DNA of 64,000 nt from Spongospora subterranea f. sp. subterranea (lineage: Eukaryota): NCBI GenBank assembly GCA_049724395.1, contig JAUGWO010000150.1, forward strand, positions 1 to 64,000. The letters run 5' to 3'. Shown here in pieces: positions 23,761-35,700 of this stretch (position 1 is its first letter; the number at the start of each line of letters is the position of its first letter). The position numbers were made by a program, and so were the translations under genes. Under the pieces are notes generated by a model that did not search any database, was not told where the DNA came from, and saw only the letters and a list, made by a program, of their open reading frames with translations.

Positions 23761-24339
23761 TACATTATTAAACATGTTCAAGGAAGGAGAATGTTTGGGT
23801 AGTTTTTTGTTAACGGTGGGGAGCGTCAAGACAATCTGTTGACGCTCAACTCAAAGTATTCAAGGCCCCGATCCTCATTCAATCAATTTCGAAGGATTTC
23901 ATCTGGCCATCTTTACAAAAAAATTGCTACAGTTCAAGCAACGTATGTTTCTCATTCTGATTCTCAACATAGGCCTAACATCTCGATCGATAATCAATGA
24001 CGGCTGTGGGTCGGTTGCGATACGGTATGGGAAACCGAACAAGGAAAGTTGTGGATCTTCTCCCCGCGGGGAGAGATTCCACTCTCTCCACTCAAAAACC
24101 TCATGAACAGTCACAAATTAGTGAGAATAATTAGTGAGTGACTGTAGATTGTGGGAGGAAGTCTGGCAATCCACCCCTCCCAACAAAAGGTGAATATTTC
24201 TGCCGGCGACAATGACAGCCTTGAATCTACAGTCTGACGCATAATTGAACCCATCACCAATGAGATTGGCTCTCAGTTCTCTACATTTGATTTCATGCTG
24301 AATCTCTCAAAGGAATTTACGCGTCCTGTAGAATTTTGT

Positions 24340-26470
24340 CGAATTAATCAACTGGATTGAACATATCGCATGCCTTTATTCCAGATCTTGCCCTCTCGAA
24401 TATGGCGAGTAATGCGTCTAGCCTATATTCCTCGTCAATAGTGGCTCCAGCAATAGCTGCTGAGGTCGCACACGAGGGCCCGTAATGGGCATTTGGAACT
24501 CCCCGCCCGATGATTGGCGCCTGGAACAGCACCAGCCTTGACGCACATCGAACATTTGGGGTTCTTACGCCGAATTAACGATGATCTGTTGAAGATCAAA
24601 AACTTAAATACAATAACATGGTTTGAGTTCCCTGGTCTCTAATATGAGCCAATACCTGTTGATATCATCCGAACCCCTGCCTCTTTTCCAATGGGGAAGC
24701 ACTGGAACAGTTTGAGACGGCACTGCAAGTACATTTTCAGGTTGAACAAAGGCCTGCCCTTCCATCGCCATACAAACTGTTGCGAAATGCCGGCAGATTC
24801 ACAGTGGAGCAACCGGTATGTATGCTCGTTACTAATCGCATGTGGTTCGATTGATTTCCATTATTTAATTATTGATCTTAGAATATCGAACGTCTGCCTT
24901 TGGCAGGATACAGGACACCTCTGATATGTCTTAATATCAAGATGCGATTGCGAATTTCCTGGAACCATTGTTTCTGGGGAAGGGTCCTCAATTCCATTGG
25001 GATGAATCAAGTTTAACTTCTCCAAAGCTTTCGTGTACAGTGCAGGATACTCCAGATGCCAGCATCGGTGAAGATTTGCCTCATGAAATAGACTTGCATT
25101 GATGCGCCTGAAAAAAACGCAGATGCCAGCGCAAGGAATTAGGCTAGAAATAAAACAAGTACAGTTGCAGGTTGGAATGCCCCCCAGGCGATCATTTGCA
25201 AGTATCACCAAATGTGATACAGTCTGGTCCGAGGAAAGCACTCGCCAACCAAAATCACAAGCAACTGCCAACGTCCGCCAACAGAAGATCGGCAGCTTTG
25301 CGATATTGTTCTTGCCAAATGCTGTCGACGAACTTGCTCCATTTTTTTGCTTCGGATAAGGTCGCAGATTTTGTCGAGCGAGCGCGCTTCCATTCTGTTG
25401 AACTGGTTGCTCAAATGCTGCCATAACTGATCCAGACCAAACGAACGCAACTCATTTTTTTACCTCCCGTCTCTTGTATGATGGAATTCACACTCTCTCC
25501 CTGGCAACTGGACTGCAAATGAAGACGCAGCCTGTACATTATCGAATTCTTAATGCTTTGCGACAAGTCCTTAACATATATCATCAAAATTACTCAGTGA
25601 ACAATCTGCAAATTTTGGTTTTTGACTTGAACATATTGTGCAGGCAACTGGTGGCAGATGCATATGAGGCATATCGATAAATGCACGACTTGCATCGCAT
25701 CCTTTTTGAAAAGGTCTGACATTGAGCCACAGGACGAAAATACTTCTTGTTGAAAGTTATAATTGCATAGAATGTGAAGCATAGCGGCTGTCAATGCAGC
25801 ACCTGAAATTATATGCGGAGGTGTTATGGGAACCATCAACGATGGTGAAGTCGCCATAAACTGTGGCGTATTGCGACATTTGAACAGCCTGAACCACAGG
25901 GAGCCAAATGATGAGATAGCGAAACTCTGATGATTGACACCTGCAAGTAAACAGTTGATAGACCTTGCGACATGTTTATAGCGTTCTTGAAAACATCTCC
26001 AGCAGCCCGAAGACCATAGCCCGCTTCCATGAACTTGGTCATACAATCCGGACCTTTGCCGAAATGCAATTCTCTTCCGCGTCGGATTGACCTGGACAAG
26101 AGGCCAGTCGAATACGTTTTACAGGTTTTGACCCCTCCATAATTTCCCTAATCTGATTGGATGGGCTCTCAGTAATCTTAATTACTGTAGACGTGCAAAC
26201 AACGAATACCTCAGACAACGGTAAATTGTAGCGATCAAAATTATGAATTGATTCACGCTCGCTTGCATTAAGATCCACGTCAAGAGACACAAATGGAATT
26301 CGCCTTTGAAACCAGAGAAGTCAACAACGCACAGAAAGCGTCAAACGCTCTCCCAGCGTCAAAATGATGTTGTTTTTGGTCAAAAATTGGGAAGTGAGGT
26401 TGTTTTATCATTATAAAAACGATGGTGTTGTTTGTTTTTGGTGAGCCACGGTCCTCGATGTGGTCTATCC
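24340..26470 (-). mobile_element. Mutator-like (MULE) transposase relic with SWIM zinc finger
   Basis: PTCNCTCFISSLIPCAGI..NLHRCWHL is SWIM-like with a downstream HxRW-like motif. ORFs are fragmented. The terminal repeat is shared with 1499-1680. Confidence 0.65.
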
Positions 26471-27053
26471 GGATATCCAGCGAATCCACTTGTTTTGACG
26501 CTTCGTTCAATATATATTGGTCACGATTTTGGTTTTCTGTCATCTTCAATTGTAGTTTAAGCGGCGATAAGAATGGATCGTGTTGAGTTTCATCTCCTGT
26601 CTCTATTGCTTGTTTCGCGAGTTTGCCAATCTCTTTGCTGTTGACAGCAGCGCCAATTGTTGAATTGACTAGCGAAATCGTAGCAAGGAAGTGTTATCGT
26701 CTAGACCGGGATAGGAAGATTGAAGGGTGTTCTTATTTCAAACAAGATGTTTCGAACTACCCGCCATTATTTGCTCTCATAAACGGGTTGAACCAAACAT
26801 GGCTGTGTCGAACGTCTTTCTCTCCTACGACATTGTCTTCAATAAGCAGTCAGCACGTTATGCAACATGTAGTAAATCAACGCACCTATCATATGTAGAA
26901 CAAAATCACAACAGGAAAGTTGAGTTGATGGGAGAGGATAATCGGGTATCTGGCACCTTGGTGGATGACACATAGACCCGTTCGTCTCATCCTTGACTCT
27001 GAGCTCATCCTTTGCCCGTTGACGAACCGCCCTACTGCTGCACCATTCCTCCA

Positions 27054-29294
27054 ATGCGTGTCCTCAACTTGTTGGTATTGCTGCTGGTGGCGACAAGATC
27101 GACTCGATCTGTGACAACCGACGATGGTCATGGTTGGGACGAATCGCTTGGCTCAGGTCAGGCCAATGCCGCTACAAGAATCGTCTCCTCAACTTTATCG
27201 GTATTTGATGGCGAAATATCGCTCCAAAGAATTGCCAAATTCTGAGATCATTGGTCCATGCAGGACATCATGTCGCCATCGCAGGAGTGGGCAATGCCCC
27301 ATGACAAGACCCAAAATTTACCCTTTCAAGTATTCGAATATGCGACCTGGGAGTCAGATTGGCTGGAAGGCAATTCCTTGTTGGCGTATGATCATTTCAA
27401 TATCAATCGTGTTGACCAGTTTGATGAAAGTTCTTCGATGAATATAATCGTTCAGTTCATCCTCAAACAGAGATTCGGCTTGTTAAGTGCGTTTTTAGGA
27501 ATGGGACTCCAGCTCGGGTTCGAAAATTGACGCGTCCCATATCAGTTTGAATTCTCAACAGTTGAGCCAAGAGGGCGAGAACCTCGATTGCCCTATCGAC
27601 TTAAATCGAATTCCCATTGATTCGGAAACGTTGTCGTCAAAAGACTCTCTTGACAATCTCGTGCCCGCTAACAGAATCGCCCACCAGTTTTGTGACAGTT
27701 CTTCCAGGAACTTAGCCGTTCAGTCCATGTTTAAATTGTGTTTGGGATTGCTAAGTTCGTCTTAGGATTGGAATCCGAACATGAGTTCAAATCGTGATGA
27801 ATCCCGTGATGATCAACAGTCAACTGAAAGCGTTCAGGGCGAAACTTTCAATTGCCGTATCCCGCCTGTTGACGTTCATGAGAGTCTCGTGGCAGTATGA
27901 GATTGCCGATAATCGTGATCACCAATATCTGATTATGGGCATACTAGGATGAATTATCGCAGCCGACTCGCACAAAGATTAAGTTTCGTAAGTACAAGTA
28001 TTTGGTGAAATTGAGAGAGCTCTGTCCGCTGTTAAAGTGGGACCTGGATGAGGTTAAAGACTATGAGAGTCTCTGTGTGTTTCTGGTCAGAACTCCGATT
28101 CCCCTCTCTGTCTGGAATTTGATAATCACAAACGGTATCGTCTGCGTAGGGAAAGGCGACGAATCCAGAACAGGTCGAGTTTCACAACCGTGTCGCCATT
28201 CCGGAACACATCATGAAACTACTGGTGCGCGGAAAGTCGGAGCGATACAAGGTTGATGTCGGACAAAACAGCATCGATGTTCCTCATCCTAGGCTGATTG
28301 CCAAGGCAACCAGCACCCTGCAAAAACTGATCCTAATTTCGAATTTTGTTTTGAAGCTGGTCTCTTGCAGAAAAGCGCTCAGAAGTATTAGTCGTAATGT
28401 GACTAGTTGTCTCAAACGCGTTTGTATCCCCATCCTCAAATGTCTTGTGAACTGTTGTGCCAAAGACATTGACCTGTTCCAGTCACGTTGGGGAACGCGT
28501 TTCCCGCACCGTAATTTTGGATTGGCTTGCTGCCCCGGTCCTGGTTTCAAACATATCACCTGCGGTTTCCAGATGACGAAAATCGTCAAACACCCTGAGT
28601 CAACACAGGTTTTTATTCGCATTTTTCAGAAAAACTGATGGGCATTTGTGCTTTCAGAGAAAAAAACTCCGGTTTTTTGGATCTCAAAGCTCTTATTGAA
28701 GCTGTTTCAGTGTCAGAAACCTCAGAAGACAAACTCAAACTGTGCGGTGAATTCCACGAGAAATACCGGTCAAGTAACCAGATTACTCGGATTCGTCATC
28801 GGCAATATTATAACCGGTCTCCGAGACCCATCTGGGGGTGTTTTGTTCATCACTGTGGTCAAAATATAAATGAGTGGATTCGAAAATGGGGCTCTGAATT
28901 CAAGCATGCAGAGTTCAACAGGCGGAAATGTCTGGGCGTGAAGTCCAATCGTTGCGGATGGGACGATCCACCGTTTGATATTCCATCTAGACTTGATCTT
29001 CGCTACAAAAATACCCGAGATCTCCTCCCAGCGCTTTCCGAAATTCTCGAAAAGTATAATCAGTTCGTGACTGCGAAGACAGAATTACAAAGATCGCCTC
29101 ATCCGGCTTTAACTTTTTTAATCAAAAGAGGCCGTCCTGTTTACGATTGTTTACATCGTCATTGCGCTGGAGGTGTTGAGGAATTCGTTCGCAGATGGGG
29201 AGTATCAATATCCTACAGCAAGTTCGGTCTCGATTGCTGTCCTGGACCAGACAGAACAGATTCTGATATCTGTCGATGGTCATCCCAAGGTTAG
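27054..29294 (+). pseudogene. Disrupted gene for a probable secreted protein with three Cys/His/Trp repeat domains
   Basis: Signal-like MRVLNLLVLLLVATRSTRS at 27054. ORFs 28213-28638 and 28638-29294 contain three copies of P[IV]xxC[LF]xxxC..[RK]WG..F..C.G. Several frameshifts and stops intervene. Confidence 0.5.
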
Positions 29295-31190
29295 ATAACT
29301 GTTGACCCTCCTCAATTGACTCAACAAACAAAGTAGATGAAGTCAAACAATCAAATAAACCTGATGGGCCTTAAGGGTAGTTTCACAAGGGTTTTAGGTT
29401 TATTCTCAAGTATTCATATCGACTTTTATTTATATAATTCCGTTGGATTGTGGCCAACATTGGCCGCGATATATGTGGGGATTCAAAAACTCCCTCCGCT
29501 ATGAACTAGGTAGGCAACTCACGCTCGATTGATGTCCTGAATAAAACGAGAAAATGCATCACGACAAATCGACTTGTCGACATGGGATAGAACCGATTTG
29601 TCGTTATAATCATAATGGGTCATGAAATACGGTATGTGATATACTATATATTCAGACAATAATCACAATCGAAGCGAATATTCGAAATTGATGGCTGGTT
29701 CGATAGCGGGCGAGGGAATCTGTCGCCATAATTCACCTGGAGGGCAACGGTCAAGGTATGATTCACATACACGACATCGCCAACCATGACACTATTTCAT
29801 GGATCTGAGCGGTCATCTCCCTTGGATGTGATTTGGTCACCCAAACTGCACCGCACTCAGGGACCTCTGTCAATTTCGTTTTGTGTCGCCACACCGGTGC
29901 TCAACATCAGGATTACAGCATGGTTCAGACTGATATTCCAGTCGAGAAGCGTCGTCCAACTCCTCAATTTCGAAGGCGTTGGCTGACGTCGTGGGCGTTC
30001 AAATTATGAACTTGATCATCTGATTGGAGAATCCTTTTATCAATAATCCCAATGAAGGAGGACTCGTCACCTCCACAGGATCAAATATTGCCAAGGAATG
30101 GTCGGATCGCGGATGGCGCGTTAGTCAATTGCAATGACTGTTACGGTTGGCACCATGGGACCTTCCGTCGCGATGACCCAACAAGAGAATCCCGACGTGA
30201 CACGATCACAATCGTACAGAGTTCTTCTTTCACTAAAACGTCTACGCCCTACGCTGGCAACAATGAAGACACACACGCTTGAATGTTACATGGACTAAGA
30301 ACGATATGAAAATCACCAGGCACAATATGACCTCGATTGCTCCACCTCAAGTAATATCCCTTGAATAATTCAGTTATATTGATAAACCGATCTCCATATT
30401 TCAAAGATGCCAATGCCGTCCTAATCCAGCGACACGCACTATCAAATGGCGATCCTCCTCAGGATAAACGTTTGACAATGTGAGCATGAGTTGGCCTTGA
30501 ATATATATCCTCTTAACGATGGGCCGACGGGTTGAAGGGGAAATAACTAAATAGTGCTGAATCACCACCCAATTATATCCACATCTGAACCATCGACACC
30601 TGTCAGTACTATCACCCCAAAATGGCCTTGAATACAACATGGTCGGCGATTGACACCGTAAATACTGAAATGTGCTGATGATTTAGCGAATATATGATCA
30701 CTTCCTATGATATCCCTCTACAATCTCCACCAAACACATTCGCTACGAAAATCTAAAAGACAAGGTAAATATCGGAAAGAAACGGATCGAAAATAAACGG
30801 CCGTAACTTGTTTCTTCCTAGATAGTTGTTTTTGAATGACTCCGATATCCCATTACAAGAACTGTTTTTATCATCTCCAATTATACTGGGACTGTCCAAA
30901 TATCATAAAAAAGGTCATCGGTCATCATGGGCCCATTATGTAGTAAAATACCGATCCGACTCATCTGAGAACGGACCGCAAAATTTATGTTGTCGGTCGG
31001 ACAGCGGGTGGCGCTATCTGTGGAGTGTGGACTGTGGACTGTGATCCAGTTAAAGGCGGTCGGTCCGTGCGCAATCCCCGAGTCCGAACCGACTCCGAAC
31101 ACCCATTCCGTTATCGCCAGCATTACTATTATTCATTCGCCTCCTTCATACACCATTCTTCGCCGATTCCTTTCTTCAACCTCTAACATC

Positions 31191-31439
31191 ATGCCTGGCC
31201 GCAAAACCTACTTTGATATCTCCATCGGTGGCACTCCCGCCGGCAAAATTGTGGTAAGTACCCGTTGTAACGCTGTGTTTTGCCAATTCAGGCACATGTT
31301 GTTTGCCCATTATGCTGGTCTGACTGCGGTTTTAACATAGTTTGAGCTGTACGATGATGTCGTGCCCAAGACCACCGAGAACTTCTTCCAGCTCTGTACT
31401 GGTGAGAAAGGGTTCGGCTACGCCGGCAGCAAGTTCCAT

Positions 31440-31475
<36 letters not shown>

Positions 31476-32025
31476 TTCACCAAGGGCAATGGTGCGTTAA
31501 TCAACCAACACACCCATTGTTTGCGATGGCATTTTTTGTAATTGTTTTCTGATTCGCATTGAGCTGCAATTTTCATCCGATAATTGTTAGCAACACGAGT
31601 CTGAGATATGTTGTTGTGTAGGCACCGGTGGAAAATCTATATATGGCGAAAAATTCCCGTAATAACTTGTTTTCGATCATGTTGACATTGCCCTGAACGT
31701 TTTTTCCTAAATAGCGATGAGAATTTCTCCAAACAGCACACCAAGCCAGGCCTGTTGTCCATGGCCAACGCTGGTCCCAACACTAACGGAAGGTATTACG
31801 CCGTTTGATGATGTTTGTTCCGGCTCCTGTTCTCAACAGTCGTGGTTTTTTTCAAATAGCCAATTCTTCATCACCACCGCCAAAACCGAGTGGTTGAACG
31901 GAAAGCACGTCGTGTTTGGCGAAGTCGTAGAAGGAATGGACATCGTTAGTTTGATTGACAAGCAAGGCAGTTCCAACGGTGCGGTCAAGCAGGAGATCAA
32001 GATCACCGCCTGCGGTGCCAAATAA
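31191..32025 (+). CDS. Cyclophilin-type peptidyl-prolyl cis-trans isomerase (5 exons)
   Basis: [84 protein letters not shown]. Confidence 0.97.
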
Positions 32026-32218
32026 GTTTCATCATGCTGCACCTAACATTTTTGTGAAAGTATTAGCATTAAAAACGACAATTTTGACTTCACCGTTGTG
32101 TTTGTTGTTTTCGATTATGTCTTTATATAATAGTGGGAAGGCAGTTTATCCTTCGCATCCCTTATTCCTTGTTGAACTGTTTTCAGCTCCATTTATCGTT
32201 TGGATGGCGATTGCCTGT

Positions 32219-32386
32219 TCAGAATCCTTCATCGGTGTCGAATTTTTTCCAGTTCCAGTTGAATGATCTCCGCGGTGGTCCATTCGATGTCAGGATCGAC
32301 GGTGATGCCTTAACGCGGGCGTCGTTGGCAATAATGGCCAACACTAAAAGCAGAAACATTGTCCTCAAAGCGGATGCAATGAACAT
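32219..32386 (-). CDS. 55-aa secreted peptide precursor candidate (below the ORF-track cutoff)
   Basis: Translation MFIASALRTMFLLLVLAIIANDARVKASPSILTSNGPPRRSFNWNWKKFDTDEGF*. Signal peptide, dibasic RR and KK sites; the C-terminus is conserved in a paralogous fragment at 41444-41488. Confidence 0.6.
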   Translation of the reverse strand: MFIASALRTMFLLLVLAIIANDARVKASPSILTSNGPPRRSFNWNWKKFDTDEGF

Positions 32387-32791
32387 TTTCTCGATGAATG
32401 TAATAAAGTGACGATGAATTCGAACGAAGAGGGTGACGAACTATCTAGAAATAAATAAGATGATGTTGATGGTTTCGCCGTCGCAGGTTGCTGACGTATC
32501 TTGGACGTTGTTGCTTAGTAATTAAAAAATACTCAGTTCGACCCTCTTTGTGAAATGAACCATGATCCATCTGTATTGGCCGGGCGAGTGAAAAAGATTC
32601 ATCCCTTGCGAGGCCAGTTGAATCATGGCGTGACGCATTCCTCAGCACAACATCCATTTACCGTTCATTATTGTCGATGAGTCAAACGGTACTTTAGAAT
32701 GTTTTTTCATCAATAAACAAGATGAACATCGAATAAGCTGATTGCTCGTGATGTGATTAGGTTTGTTGTTTATCAAAACGTAGTAATCTTT

Positions 32792-35700
32792 TTATTCATC
32801 GTTCGATTTTTCAGCGTCCTCCGGATCATCTTCGCCTTTCTCTTCCTCTTCGTTTACCTCTTCTTCGTCCTCCTCCCTCAGTTCACTACCGTCGATAGCA
32901 CGGTGCTTCAACGTGCCGCATTTGAAATCAGACTTCTCCAACATTCCGTTGATGAAGAAAAGCTCTTTAATCTTGTAAATGAAAGTTTCCAATGACTTTT
33001 TTTTTTTTTTTAACGCTGGAACACGCGCCACCAAAGCAGTTACTCGTTCACGCTTTACATGGTTACAAATAACCTGTTCCACTTTTAATTTGGAAGAGGT
33101 GATTGTTAATGCTCTGGCACCTGTAACTTTCTAGTTGACTTTTGCACACACATTATTACGCTGATGATTTCCGAAGAAATGTTGTTATACTCCTTCTTCA
33201 TTAGTGGCAAATGTTTGATGATCCCATCCATAAACACCTGTCCAAACACGATTGCGCTACTGAGCACTCTGTGACAAGGACATTTAAACCTGGAAACTAA
33301 AATAAACGCTGTATAGGCTCACGATTTTGAATGATTAAAGCTAATGTACTCCAGCAATGACGCAAATAATTTTGCACGAGTTTCGAGAAGTGACATGAAA
33401 GTATTCAACGTCCTTCCGGTAATGTTCAATGAAGTAGCGATTTGTTCTGAGCACTGGACAGAAAAGTGAGCACGCAAAAGCAACGGGAGATGCATTGCCT
33501 CACAGCTTTAAAGAAAAATGGCCAGGTCGCCTTTGTCAAGGTACGGGAAAACCCGACGACGTTGCCTTCCTCGGGCGAGGCGTCCTCGGAGCTAAAGCGA
33601 CGAAAATCGACGTCAATCAATCCTCTAACGATTTCTATCGGGTCGCTTGCATTTGCGATGTGAATCTTGATCAAACGATTAACGTCCCCAGCCTAAAGTA
33701 GGTACATCAGACAAGGATGCCGCAAACGGGAAATGGTAAGAACCAATTTATAATGATCTTTCCACAGTGTCGTCAGTAGTTCACGCGCAACAGCTGACAA
33801 CTGTTCCTTTAATAAGGAATGATCATCAACCACCGATAACTGTAAGCAGTCATGCACGATTTCACAAATTTGTACTGGAATCGCAAGTGAATCCAATGCT
33901 GGAGAAATAAACTCCAGCAGGACCCGACACACATGACTACGAGCCGCTCCGGCTCGAACAAGTTGTGAACCATCCTGGCATTGTTTGAAGTCGGACAAAA
34001 CTTCCTAAAACATGTTATTTGAGATGTTGTAGTTCAAAAAGCAACTGTGAGTTTTGTGTACAGAGAGATAAGGTTGCCCGCGACGAGTTTGTAGCAGGGG
34101 GCTTTTTAGCACTACACTCATGCACGTGATAATTAATTGTAAAATCGAATCCTATAGGAGATAGCTAAATCGATCAGAAGATATGACGCAATCGTACTTA
34201 CAGTTAACTCAGAGTCTGTTGAACGAAACACTTCATTCGAGCACAGCGTTTTCATATGCAATCCCAACGCTGAAAATAGCTATGAAAAGTTTAGTCAGTA
34301 AGCTTGGGGATTTTTCGCAGCAAGGTTCTGACTCTGCGACGATGAAGATTTGGACCTTCTTCTGCAGAATGATAGCCGAGGACTTTTAAAAAATCTATCC
34401 AATCAACGCACTTGGTCGAATTATCGTAGGCAGCATTGGAGCTAGGCAATACACCCCCGAAAGGCTTTGATTTCAAAAATATTGATTTTAGCGTTGCATG
34501 CAAATCAACCAAAAGGAACCTTAACATGTGAGGCTGTAAAGCATTAGAAGAAATGGTGCACGCATAAGGTGGCACAGTACATTAATAGAAGTTCTTTGAT
34601 CTGGTTGAGGCCTCGCAGGCACCTCTATACATAAATCGAACGACAGCAGAGTATACACAGTTGTCTGAAACAAGTCACAACACATCCCAATAAACGGCAG
34701 AGATTTACAGCAAATGGTCTTTGAAGGTGCCCCATTCGATACGAAAGCACTTCACTAGCAAGTGAATGGGATTTGCATGGCTACGAATATTCATTAGTAA
34801 ACAAACATCAATGAACTTGGAATAACCTTTTGACTCAGCATCAACGAACGGTCTGGATCGCTAATCCCCAATGGTACAATCGTAGAGATAAATTCTATGG
34901 GAAATTTCTGCAATTGAGCATGCAAATCCAGGAGATGCAGTAATCGCTGAGTACATTTCCCTAAGTAAAAGGTAAAAAGCCGGAAACGAAACCATTTTGC
35001 CAGGCAGACATTGCATCACGATATCATCACTTGAAGCGAATGCATTGAGAATCGACCTGAACCTATTAACTTGATGAACCACAGTGTATTTAGCTGGCAA
35101 ATTCAATTGTCCTTACCAGTTTATCGAATGTAATAAGGCAGAAAAAAGGGTTGATTGTGTAGTATTGTCGAGACTTGACACATCCTAGAGTTCTAGTAAG
35201 TTGAGTACAACACATTCTAGAGAAAAATATGTATTGGCCTACGTCCAGGATGTTGTAATCAAATAGAATGAGCGGCATGGATGAGTATCCATCTTCATCC
35301 TCTTCGGCAGCATCATCACACAAACTGTAACGATGCAGGAGTTCAACCTGCGAGGAAAGCATTTGAAAAGCTTGCTGGATCTGCGGGTTGTACAGCGACG
35401 GCAAAATCAGTATCTGAGAAGATCGTGTTTCATCAACTTCATAAAGTTCTCGAAACTATGAAAAAAGAGTCTGTTAGAAATAAGGTCAGGTAAAAGAGAT
35501 TGATTACCTGAATGTCGCGGTTACGATCGTTTACAAGAGGTTCTGAAGAATTATGCATGAACGTGTCAAGAAATGACTTGACGATGTTTCTTTTGTAAAA
35601 AGTAAGGAATAAATCGTAAATAATACACGATAAATTCCGGTTCTTACATTAACAACCTGTCGATAACTCCTATATTGATGCTGTTGCGATTTAGGTAATA

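Noticed and set aside
1681..26470. flamenco-like single-strand orientation bias of TE fragments
   Set aside because: Most fragments are on the minus strand, but several (two mariner pieces, a Gypsy fragment, the Myb ORF) are on plus; too few to call a bias.
29350..31100. Short ORFs upstream of cyclophilin
   Set aside because: No motif support; probably intergenic DNA or a highly decayed repeat.
32997..33011. 15-nt poly-T giving a poly-Lys run in FANCD2
   Set aside because: Stays in frame; may be a homopolymer-length error, and there is no evidence for programmed frameshifting.
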